From NCBI GenBank assembly GCA_963705085.1, contig CAVPIV010000004.1, forward strand, positions 794,193-858,192: a stretch of DNA of 64,000 nucleotides, read 5' to 3'. Source of the stretch: an uncultured Thermoleophilia bacterium (GTDB lineage Bacteria; Actinomycetota; Thermoleophilia; UBA2241). Positions 14,231-22,775 of this stretch are shown here, piece after piece. The notes below the pieces were generated by a model. That model searched no databases and was not told where the DNA came from. It was given only the letters and a program-made list of their open reading frames with translations. The first letter of the stretch is position 1. Every line of letters starts with the position of its first letter. The position numbers and the translations under genes are program-made.

Positions 14231-15334
14231 TCAGCCTTTGCACACGGCGGTGGCAGCGGGGCCTTCGCCGCTGATGAAGTCCTCCGTCATGCGCCGGCAC
14301 ACGTCGTCCGGATGCTGGATCGGCGGAGATTTCATGAAGTAGCTGCTCGGACCCTCGAGCGAGCCCGCGAGGCCGCGATCCCGCCCGATCTTGGCGCAGC
14401 GGACGGCGTCGATGACGATGCCCGCCGAGTTCGGCGAGTCGACGACCTCGAGCTTGAGCTCGATGTTGAGCGGCACGTCGCCGAAGGTGCGGCCCTCCAT
14501 GCGGATGTACGCCCACTTGCGGTCGTCGAGCCACTCCACGTAGTCGCTCGGCCCGATGTGCACGTTCTTGGCGCCCATGTCGTAGTCGAGCTGGCTCGTC
14601 ACCGCGTTGGTCTTGCTGATCTTCTTCGACTCGAGCCGCTCGCGCTCCAGCATGTTGAGGAAGTCGGTGTTGCCGCCCACGTTGAGCTGGCTGGTGCGCT
14701 CCAGGCGCACCCCACGCTCGCGCATGAGCCGCGTGAGCACACGATGGACGATGGTGGCGCCGACCTGGCTCTTGATGTCGTCGCCGATGACCGGCACGCC
14801 GGCCTCAACGAATCGCTTCTGCCAGTACGGCTCGCGGGCGATGAAGACGGGGATGCAGTTGACCATGGCGCAGCCGGCCGTGAGGATCTGCTCGGTGTAC
14901 CACTTGGTGGCCTCTTCGCTGCCCACGGGCAGGTAGTTGACCACGACGTCGGTCTGGGTCTCGCGCAGGATGCCGACGATGTCGGCGGTCGGGCCGGGGG
15001 CCTTCTCGATGATCTGCGAGAGGTACTTGCCCAACCCGTCGTGGGTCATACCGCGCACGACCTTGACGTCCTTCCTGGGCACGTCGCAGAACTTCACGGT
15101 GTTGTTGGGCTTCGTGAAGATCGCGTCGCTGAGATCGACGCCGACTTTGTTCTTGTCGATGTCGATAGCCGCCACAAACTCGATGTCGCGGACGTGATAC
15201 CCCCCGACCACCGGGTGCATGAGTCCAGGGACGAAGTCCGACTTCTTGGCGTTCTTGTAGAACTCCACGCCCTGCACGAACGACGAGGCGCAGTTGCCGA
15301 CGCCGATGATCGCCACACGCACTGGATTGCCCAA
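14231..15334 (-). CDS. ino1: myo-Inositol-1-phosphate synthase
   Basis: [12 protein letters not shown] Rossmann motif, SYNHLGNND-like core, full-length similarity to bacterial/archaeal MIPS; TTG start 9 nt after GGAGGT. Confidence 0.9.
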   Translation of the reverse strand: MGNPVRVAIIGVGNCASSFVQGVEFYKNAKKSDFVPGLMHPVVGGYHVRDIEFVAAIDIDKNKVGVDLSDAIFTKPNNTVKFCDVPRKDVKVVRGMTHDGLGKYLSQIIEKAPGPTADIVGILRETQTDVVVNYLPVGSEEATKWYTEQILTAGCAMVNCIPVFIAREPYWQKRFVEAGVPVIGDDIKSQVGATIVHRVLTRLMRERGVRLERTSQLNVGGNTDFLNMLERERLESKKISKTNAVTSQLDYDMGAKNVHIGPSDYVEWLDDRKWAYIRMEGRTFGDVPLNIELKLEVVDSPNSAGIVIDAVRCAKIGRDRGLAGSLEGPSSYFMKSPPIQHPDDVCRRMTEDFISGEGPAATAVCKG

Positions 15335-15402
15335 GACCGGTGTACCTCCACTCCCTGCGGCCGGACTGCGGCCGCTTCGCTGCGCAGCACCCCGCTGGAT
15401 TC

Positions 15403-15414
15403 GGAAGCGCTTCC
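15403..15414. promoter_or_regulatory. Perfect 12-bp palindrome GGAAGCGCTTCC in the ino1 5' region
   Basis: Seen in sequence about 70 nt upstream of the ino1 start; candidate operator. Confidence 0.25.
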
Positions 15415-15552
15415 TGCCGGGCTCACGATAACGCGCGAGAGTATACCACGGCGCCTGCCGGGACCCGGGCCGGTCCGGCGGGCCTGTCGCCGAGGCGGTC
15501 GCGCTGCGGGGGCGCCGTGAACCGTCCGGTCGCCGCCGGGGCTGCGGCCGCG

Positions 15553-16167
15553 TCAGCCCTGGGCGCGCAACTGGCGCATCACGTGGCGGATGCGGGTCAC
15601 CACGGTGATGGGCGTGAGCACGGCAATCAGGTAGACGAAGAAGGTGAGGATGCTGACGCCGGCGATGGACACACCGGCGAAGACGAAACCGAGGAGGAGC
15701 CCGACGACGCGCTCGGGGCGCGACATGAAGCCGATCTTGCACTCGGCGCCGAGCGACTCGGCCCGCGCTCGCGTGTAGGAGACCATCTGGGCCGAGCCCA
15801 GCGCCACAAGCATCGCCACCGCCTCGTACCAGCGCTGCTCGCGAGCAAAGAAGAAGATGAGCGCTCCCGAGACGAGCATCTCGGAGATGCGATCCGTGGT
15901 CGAGTCGAGAAACGCTCCCGCCTTGGTGGTGCCAACGCCGGCCCGCGCCACGGCACCGTCGAGGCCGTCGCACAGGGCGGCGACGATGAGGATGATCGCC
16001 GCCCAGGTGAAGTAGCCGATCACGACCAGAGGCACCGCGACGGCGTGCAGGACCAAACCCGCGATCGTGAGCATGTCGGCGGTCACGCCCCAGCCGGCCA
16101 GCGTGACGCCGAGACGGGCGAAGCCGCGCCGAGACTGCTCGGTCCAGGTCGTCTTGAGGCTCTTCAC
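15553..16167 (-). CDS. CDP-alcohol phosphatidyltransferase (phosphatidylinositol-phosphate synthase-like)
   Basis: DG..DG.AR..G....G...D...D motif ([12 protein letters not shown]...DSTTDRISE), about 6 TM helices; adjacent to ino1. Confidence 0.85.
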   Translation of the reverse strand: MKSLKTTWTEQSRRGFARLGVTLAGWGVTADMLTIAGLVLHAVAVPLVVIGYFTWAAIILIVAALCDGLDGAVARAGVGTTKAGAFLDSTTDRISEMLVSGALIFFFAREQRWYEAVAMLVALGSAQMVSYTRARAESLGAECKIGFMSRPERVVGLLLGFVFAGVSIAGVSILTFFVYLIAVLTPITVVTRIRHVMRQLRAQG

Positions 16168-16337
16168 GCCGGCCGCCGCGTTCTGGTTGTGTCAGACGCC
16201 ATCCGTGGCACGATATCAGAGCGCAAAAAACGCGGCCAACCGTGTGCGGGTCTCGGCCGCCGGAGCACGCACGAGATGGCCCGAGCACGAGCGCACGTCC
16301 GCCACCCGTTCCGCCTTGTCGCAGGAGGGCACAGCAC

Positions 16338-16727
16338 ATGGCCAAAAAGACGCCCGCCGAGAAGATGCACTGCAAGCCGGGGCTGAGCGTGGCGCTGCTG
16401 CACGCGCCCGAAGGAATGCGCGAGGCGCTCGGCTTTCCCGAGAACGCCATCTACACGGACGATCCCGGCTCTGCCGCCTTCATCCTCGCCTTCGCGACCA
16501 CCCAGGCCGAAGCGGAGGGGACCCTGACCGACCTCGCCCCTCACGTCCGCGACACGACGCTGACCTGGGTCGCGTATCCCAAAGGTTCCAGGGTGGCCGG
16601 CCGCGACGTCAGCCGCGACACGGTGTGGCGGTTCGCGCCCTCCGTCGGCCTGACGCTGGTCGCCAACGTCGCCATCGACGAGACGTGGTCGGCGCTCCGT
16701 CTGAAGCCCGACACAGAGCGAAGGTAG
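16338..16727 (+). CDS. Hypothetical protein
   Basis: ORF with SD AGGAGG 9 nt upstream of ATG; coding-like composition. Confidence 0.5.
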   Translation: MAKKTPAEKMHCKPGLSVALLHAPEGMREALGFPENAIYTDDPGSAAFILAFATTQAEAEGTLTDLAPHVRDTTLTWVAYPKGSRVAGRDVSRDTVWRFAPSVGLTLVANVAIDETWSALRLKPDTERR

Positions 16728-17041
16728 GCCCCGGTCACGCCGGCTGGAACGGGGCCCTGCGAACACACGGCGTCACTCCTGTATGCAGTCCTGGCTACGT
16801 TCTCTCACGGAATCGCCGTCGTACGCCGGGCCGAGCCCGCAAACGCGGGTATAGTCGTCGTGAGAGAGTGGGGAGGCCGTGCGCACTGCCGCGAGCAGCG
16901 TCCTGTCTGACGACGGCCGTGCACGCGTGGGCACGCTCTGTGCAGGCCGCCCGCCCCGGTGCGGGGCCCCGACCTGTGGTGCGCTGTGCTTCTCCGCAGC
17001 GCCCGCGGCCGGCGATCGAGGGTGAGCAGGAGGTCAATCAC

Positions 17042-18553
17042 ATGCACGATGCCTTGCCCGTCGGACGCATGAGCTTCCTCACGGAGTCCGACAAGGAGGC
17101 GATCTACGAGGCGTCCGTAGAGATCCTCTCCGATGTCGGCACGCTCGTCTCTCACGCCGAGGCGACGGCCGTGCTGACGACGGCGGGCTGCCGGGTGGGC
17201 GAGAACGGCCGTGTGCTCGTTCCGCGGCACGTCCTCGAGCGGGCGCGGGAGACAGCACCCGCGGTCGTCGACGTCTTCGACCGTAGCGGCGAGCCGGCCA
17301 TGACGCTCGGGGGCACTCGTACGTACTTCGGGACAGGCTCCGACCTCCTGAACGTCTACGACCTGGAGAGCGGCGAGCATCGCCCCAGCAGCCTCGACGA
17401 CGTGGCCCGTGCGGCGCGACTCGTCGATGGGCTCCCCAACCTCGACTTCGTGATGTCGTCGGCCTACCCGAACGACGTACGCCCCGGCCACTCGTGGCTG
17501 CTGGCGTTCGCGACCATGATGCGCAGCACCACCAAGCCGATCGTCGCCGTCGCCGACAGCGGGGCCGACCTCGGCGCCATCTGCGGCCTCGCCGCCGCGC
17601 TGAGGGGGGGCGGCGACGAGCTGCGCCGCGCACCCTACTTCATCGTGTACGACGAGCCGACGAGCCCGCTGCAGAACCCGGCCTCCAGCGTCGACAAGCT
17701 GCTCCTGTGCGCCGCGGCCGGCGTGCCGGTGTGCTACGTCCCTGCCATGATGGCCGGCGCCACCGCGCCGATCACCGTCGCCGGTCAGGTGGCTCTCGGG
17801 ACGGCGGAGTCGCTCTTTGGACTCGTCCTCCACCAGCTGTACCGGCCCGGGGCGCCGTTCATCTACGGGCACGGTCACCCGGTGCTCGACATGCAGTCCG
17901 CGCAGAGCACGTACAACTCGGTCGAGGGGTACCTCTGCGAGATGGCCATGGTGGAGATGGCAAAGTGGCTGGACCTGCCCAACTTCGGCAACGCCGGGAC
18001 CAGCGACGCGGAGCTCGTCGACGCGCAAGCCGGCATGGACATCATGATCGAGACGCTCCTGGTGATGCAGGGCGGCTCCAATCTCAACCACAATGCCGGC
18101 TACCTGGACTTCGGCCTCACCGGGTCGCTGGAGGGCATCGTCATCACCGACGAGGCCATTGCCTTGTGCCGCCGCCTGCTCCGCGGCATCCGCGTCGACC
18201 GGGAGACCCTGGCGGTCGACGTCGTCGCCGCCGTTGGCCCGGGCGGCCACTTCCTCGGCCAGCCGCACACGCGGAAGCACCTGCGTACCGAGCAGTGGCG
18301 ACCGACGATCCTGAATCGCGACGGCCGCGAGGCATGGGTGCGCCTCGGTCAGCCGGACCTGCGGGAACGGGCCCGGTTCAAAGCTCTCGAACTGCTCCGC
18401 GAGCACGCGCCGCAGCCGCTCACGCCGCCGGTCGCCGAGTCGATCGACCGCCTGCTGGCCCGCTCCCTCGAGGAGTTGGGCGGCGACACGGAGCCCGCTC
18501 CCCTCTCGCCGAGCGTCACGGCAGTGTCATCACCACCGACAGCCCATGAATAG
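17042..18553 (+). CDS. MttB-superfamily methyltransferase (trimethylamine / glycine-betaine-type corrinoid methyltransferase), no in-frame amber
   Basis: 503 aa TIM-barrel MttB family similarity (VGENGRVLVPRHVLERA...YFGTGSDLLNVYDLE...ITDEAIALCRRLLRGIRVD); SD AGGAGG; uninterrupted ORF ending in TAG. Confidence 0.85.
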   Translation: MHDALPVGRMSFLTESDKEAIYEASVEILSDVGTLVSHAEATAVLTTAGCRVGENGRVLVPRHVLERARETAPAVVDVFDRSGEPAMTLGGTRTYFGTGSDLLNVYDLESGEHRPSSLDDVARAARLVDGLPNLDFVMSSAYPNDVRPGHSWLLAFATMMRSTTKPIVAVADSGADLGAICGLAAALRGGGDELRRAPYFIVYDEPTSPLQNPASSVDKLLLCAAAGVPVCYVPAMMAGATAPITVAGQVALGTAESLFGLVLHQLYRPGAPFIYGHGHPVLDMQSAQSTYNSVEGYLCEMAMVEMAKWLDLPNFGNAGTSDAELVDAQAGMDIMIETLLVMQGGSNLNHNAGYLDFGLTGSLEGIVITDEAIALCRRLLRGIRVDRETLAVDVVAAVGPGGHFLGQPHTRKHLRTEQWRPTILNRDGREAWVRLGQPDLRERARFKALELLREHAPQPLTPPVAESIDRLLARSLEELGGDTEPAPLSPSVTAVSSPPTAHE

Positions 18554-18715
18554 GCTCTCCCGCGCTCGCCCCCGTGCGGCCAGGCTCGAGCACACGCGCC
18601 ACTACCTGCTCCTCAAGAACACGGCCAAGAGGCTGGCGCCCGCCCTCGTCAAGCTGCCGCGGCCCGTCGACGACACCGACACATCGAGCATGTGCAGCGG
18701 AGATCGCCTACGTCA

Positions 18716-19701
18716 TGGCGTGGCCGCCTGAGGTGACCAAGCCCACCGTCGGTCTGGTCAAGGACCCCGATGTGCCGCCCTACTGGACGAAATACAGGCG
18801 CTTCCTGGAGGCGAACCAGATCCCCTACCGCCTGTACGACATCCACCGTTCCGACTGGCGCACCCGCGCCGCTGACCTGGACCTCGTCCTCTGGCGTCCC
18901 ATGAGCTTCCCCTACGAGCTCGAGGAGTGCCGTCGCAAGTTCTGGCTGATGGAGAACGTGCTCGGCAAGCTGTGCTATCCCTCGCTGGCGGAAGCCCTCA
19001 TCTACGAGGACAAGCTGCTCCAGTACGAGCTCCTCCAGCATCACAACTTCCCGGTCGTGCCCACCTTCGTCTCGCACAGCGAAGGCGAAGCGCTCGCGTT
19101 TGCGGCATCCGCGTCCTATCCGGCCGTGTGGAAGATCGGCTGCGGGGCCGGCTCGCTGGGGGTCGAGCTGGTCAAGGATCGGCGAGCGGCGGTGCGGCGG
19201 ATCCGACAGGTCTTCTCGTTCGCCGGCCGCCGCACCTACTGGCCGTACGCCGGTCAAAAGGACTACGTGTACCTGCAGCGTCTGGAACCAAACGCCGGCT
19301 ACGATCTCAGGGTGATGGTGATCGGCGACACGATCCTGGGCTACCACCGAGCGGTCCCGCATGGCGACTTCCGCGCCTCCGGCATGGACACGACCTACCA
19401 CCGCTCGATCCCCGAGGGGGCCATCCACCTCGCGCGACGCGTACGCGATGCCCTCGGCCTGACCATGCTCGCCCTCGACATGCTGGCCGATCGCACGGAG
19501 CGCCGCTTCTCAATCATCGAGGTCTCGCTCTTCACGCAGATCAGAGAGGAGTTCAAGCTCGAGGTCGACGGCGTCACGGGATCGTATCGCCCGGACGGCG
19601 ATGGCTACCGCTTCGTTCCGGGACGGGTCGTTCCCCACGACCTGATGCTCGAGGAGCTCCTCATGACGAAATGGATAACGCCGCGAGGCGCAACGGGGTG
19701 A
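18716..19701 (+). CDS. ATP-grasp domain protein (RimK-like); possible N-terminal extension from 18546 via a +1 frameshift
   Basis: ATP-grasp fold motifs (AVWKIGCGAGSLGVELV, YDLRVMVIGD, IEVSLF); upstream ORF 18546-18731 is coding-like and overlaps the mttB stop. Confidence 0.65.
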
Positions 19702-19709
19702 GGATCCGG

Positions 19710-19785
19710 TGGTGGGCCGTGAAGGATTCGAACCTTCGACCTTGGGATTAAGAGTCCCCTGCTCTACCAGCTAAGCTAACGGCCC
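19710..19785 (-). tRNA. tRNA-Lys (anticodon CUU)
   Basis: Cloverleaf GGGCCGU..anticodon loop CUCUUAA..T-loop GGUUCGAAUCC..ACGGCCC-A-CCA; 76 nt with encoded CCA. Confidence 0.85.
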
Positions 19786-19903
19786 ACGTGACGGGGCGTC
19801 ATCGTACCAGTCCGCAGCGCGCTTGCCAAACGGACCCGCGCACCCCCGCGGAGGGGCGGCGTCGCGCCCGGCGACGTCGCCAACGGCGTGTTCCGACGCG
19901 GCG

Positions 19904-20137
19904 TCAGCCGGCGACCGCGCGGCGCCCGGCCACCTCGTAGCCCTCGTCTCTGACGGCCGCTTCGACGCTCTCGAGCGAGACCTGGTCGGCGTCGAAGTCG
20001 ACCGTGACGATCTTCTCGGCGACGTCGACGGCGACCTGGTCGACGCCGTCCAGCGCGCCGACGGCGCCCTCGATCGCCATCTTGCAGTGGTTGCAGGAGA
20101 TCCCCGGAACCTCGAGGACAGCGTGGCTGGTCGTCAT
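19904..20137 (-). CDS. copZ: Heavy-metal-associated domain copper chaperone (CopZ-like)
   Basis: GISCNHCKMAIE metal-binding motif in an HMA fold. Confidence 0.8.
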   Translation of the reverse strand: MTTSHAVLEVPGISCNHCKMAIEGAVGALDGVDQVAVDVAEKIVTVDFDADQVSLESVEAAVRDEGYEVAGRRAVAG

Positions 20138-20952
20138 GGTGGCTCCTTGTCAGTGCCCGGCAGATCGAGATCCGCCAGCTTGTAGGTGACCGTGCGCCCC
20201 TCGCCGTGATCGACCATCACGCTCTCGATCGGCGCGAGAAGGTCCGTGACCTTTCCTTCCCCGCCGGGCGTCCTGACAACCGAACCGCGCCTGGGAGCGT
20301 GCTTGCGGAACGACACGTACACCGGGTGCTCGTACTTGAGACAGCACATGAGGCGGCCGCAGCAGCCGGAGATCTTGGTCGGGTTGAGGGGCAGGTTCTG
20401 GTCCTTGGCCATGCGGATGGAGACCGGCTCCTGGTCGCCCGCAAACGTGGCGCAGCAGAGGCTGCGACCGCAGGGGCCGAAGCCGCCGACGATGCGCGCC
20501 TCGTCGCGGGCGCTGACCTGCTTGAGCTCGACCCGACGGTTGACCCGCTCGTTGAGCTTGTTGACGAGCTCGCGGAAATCGACGCGCTCCTCGGCGAAGA
20601 ACGTCACCGTGAGCTTGCCGCCGTCGAAGGCCTGGCGGGCCTCAATGACTTTCATGTCGAGCCTGAGCTCGACGACGAGCTCGCGACAGGCGCGCTTGGT
20701 CTCGAGCTCGATCAGGCGATGTGCCTCGACGACGTCGTCGTCGGCCGTCGTGGCCTTGCGAATGATCTTCTTGAGCCCGCGAGGCACCTCGGCCTCCGGC
20801 ACTTCGTCCGGCCCCTTGACCAGACGGCCGAAGTCCGCTCCCCTCGCCGTGTCGACGACAACCCGGTCGCCTGGCTCGAGCTCGAGCTCGCCGGCGTCGA
20901 ACTCGTACGGTCTTCCACCACCCCGGAACACCACGCTCGCGATCCTAGGCAC
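20134..20952 (-). CDS. yaaT: PSP1 C-terminal domain protein (YaaT/RicT-like)
   Basis: FGPCGRSLCCATF..CCGRLMCCLKYE Cys-rich PSP1 signature; located downstream of holB; GTG start after GGAGG. Confidence 0.85.
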   Translation of the reverse strand: MPRIASVVFRGGGRPYEFDAGELELEPGDRVVVDTARGADFGRLVKGPDEVPEAEVPRGLKKIIRKATTADDDVVEAHRLIELETKRACRELVVELRLDMKVIEARQAFDGGKLTVTFFAEERVDFRELVNKLNERVNRRVELKQVSARDEARIVGGFGPCGRSLCCATFAGDQEPVSIRMAKDQNLPLNPTKISGCCGRLMCCLKYEHPVYVSFRKHAPRRGSVVRTPGGEGKVTDLLAPIESVMVDHGEGRTVTYKLADLDLPGTDKEPP

Positions 20953-21005
20953 TCTCGGCAACCTCCTCGAAGCGCGCGAACAGCGCCTGCAGCGCGAGCT
21001 TCTGG

Positions 21006-22076
21006 TCAACGTTCAAGGTAGAGATCCTTGCGAGTCTGGGAGGCGACGGCCAAGAGACGGGCGTAGTGCTCGGGTGTGGCGACCGCCGCTCTCAACGGCT
21101 CGGCTTCCCGATCGCAGTTACAGAGTACATCGGCGGCGCCGCAGACCACCACCCACAGGTCGCGCACCCAGGAGGCGAGGACGTCGAGCGCGTCCTGGGC
21201 CGCCAGACGCGCCAGCCGTCTGTCCTCGCGGCGCGCGCGCTCCGTGGCGCCGTCCTGCCGCCACTTGAGCTCACGCTTGTCCGGGAACTGCAGCTCGAGC
21301 TCCTGGAGGCGGCGACTCAGCTCCGCCTGCGACGCCGCCTTGATCTCCGACCTGTGCTGCTCGAGGACGCCGAGGAACGCCTCCTGGGCCCCCATCGCGG
21401 CTGAACCCCCTCCACCGACGATGAGCGCCGCCTGCGTCAGGTACTCACCGCGCCGCGCCGGGCCGCGCGCGTCGTCGGCGAAACGCTCGGCCCGCTCGAC
21501 GGACCCCGCAGCCAGCCGCGCGAGGGCGGTGGCGGCGAGCTCGTCCAGCCCGTGGGTGCCGCGCAGCGAGGCCGCTACTTCGTCATCGCTCAGCGGCCGG
21601 AACTCGACGATCTGGCAGCGCGAGATGATCGTCGGAAGCACGCGCTCCAAACGATCGGTGACGAACAGGAAGTGGACGAGGCGGGGCGGCTCCTCAATGA
21701 CCTTGAGCAGCTTGTTGGCCGCCGCCGCGTTGAGGTACTCGGCCTCGGGCAGCACCCAGACGCGGCGACCGGCGCTGAAGGGCCTCAGGCCAAGATCATC
21801 GAGGATCGGTTTCACCTGGTCCACGCGATACACGTCCCCCTCTCGTTCCAGGACGTGCAGGTTCGGGTGCAGGCCGCGGCGGGCGCGGTCGCACTCCGGA
21901 CAAGCTCCGCAGCCCCCGCAGGAGCTCACCAGGGCGACGCCCAGCTCGCGCGCGAACGCGGTCTTCGCAAGACCCTCGCGGCCGCTGAACAGGTAGGCGT
22001 GGCCCAGGCGGTTCTCGCGCAGCGCCCGGACGAACTGCGCCTTGACGCGCTGCTGGCCGGCGACCGACTCGAACAT
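21006..22076 (-). CDS. holB: DNA polymerase III delta-prime subunit
   Basis: HAYLFSGREGLAKTAFAREL, CGGCGACPEC zinc module, SRCQIVEF; ATGA overlap with tmk. Confidence 0.85.
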   Translation of the reverse strand: MFESVAGQQRVKAQFVRALRENRLGHAYLFSGREGLAKTAFARELGVALVSSCGGCGACPECDRARRGLHPNLHVLEREGDVYRVDQVKPILDDLGLRPFSAGRRVWVLPEAEYLNAAAANKLLKVIEEPPRLVHFLFVTDRLERVLPTIISRCQIVEFRPLSDDEVAASLRGTHGLDELAATALARLAAGSVERAERFADDARGPARRGEYLTQAALIVGGGGSAAMGAQEAFLGVLEQHRSEIKAASQAELSRRLQELELQFPDKRELKWRQDGATERARREDRRLARLAAQDALDVLASWVRDLWVVVCGAADVLCNCDREAEPLRAAVATPEHYARLLAVASQTRKDLYLER

Positions 22077-22745
22077 CAGGCCGGCTCCCCGGCGTCCCGG
22101 CCGGCACCCTTGATGACCGCCAGGGCGGCGGCCGCGACGTCGTCGCTGACGGCGACGACGTCGCGGCCGCCGTCGACCACGCGCACGCGGCCGGGAAAGC
22201 GCCGCGCCACAGCCGCGAAACCCGCGGCGACGCGGCGCTGGAAGTCGAGCCCTTCGGCCTCGATGCGGTCCGGCGCCCCACCCAGCCGTTTCACGGCCAC
22301 CTCGGGATCGACGTCGAGAACGATTGTGAGATCCGGCCACACGCCGCGCAAGCCAGGCTCGTTGACGGCGAGCACCTCCTCGATGCCTAGCTCCCTCGCG
22401 CCCCCCTGGTAGGCCAGCGACGAGTCCACGAACCGGTCGAGCACGAGGATCCGGCCGCTTCGCAGCTCGGGGAGCAAGACGCGGCCCACCAGCTCGGCCC
22501 GAGCGGCCGCGTAGAGGAGCGCCTCGGTCCACGTCTCGGGCTCGTGGGGCGCGTGCAAGAGCAGATCGCGGATTGCCTCGCCGACCGGCGTGCCGCCCGG
22601 CTCGCGGACGACCGAGGCGGGCGCCGCCGCAGGGCCGACGGGCAGCCCGGCGGCCGCCAGGCGCTACGCACAGCAGCCGGGCTTGCGTTGTCTTGCCGCA
22701 GCCGTCGCATCCCTCGAGACTGATGAGGACTCCGGGTCCCTTCAC
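22076..22745 (-). CDS. tmk: Thymidylate kinase with an apparent +1 frameshift near 22664-22672
   Basis: N-terminus GVLISLEGCDGCGKTTQARLL in one frame; REPGGTPVGEAIRDLLL..DRFVDSSLAYQGGAR in a second; an in-frame TAG interrupts the latter. Confidence 0.85.
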
Positions 22746-22775
22746 AGGTCTCCCCTCGCCGCGGTCAGCCGGAGT

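Noticed and set aside
16860-17040. Cobalamin riboswitch in the mttB leader (gcgcactgccgcg resembles a B12-box fragment)
   Set aside because: Other conserved riboswitch segments (GGUGAAA..CCGCCACUG..GCCAGGAAACCUGCC in the correct order) are absent.
18716-19701. ATP-grasp gene as the missing pylC
   Set aside because: Motifs resemble RimK/glutamate-ligase-type ATP-grasp rather than the D-Ala-D-Ala-ligase-like PylC. It is located 28 kb from pylB/pylD.
19710-19785. Considered whether the tRNA next to the MttB/ATP-grasp genes could be tRNA-Pyl (pylT)
   Set aside because: Anticodon loop is CUCUUAA (CUU, Lys) with a canonical cloverleaf, 8-nt D-loop and 5-nt variable loop. This does not match the CUA anticodon or atypical tRNA-Pyl architecture.
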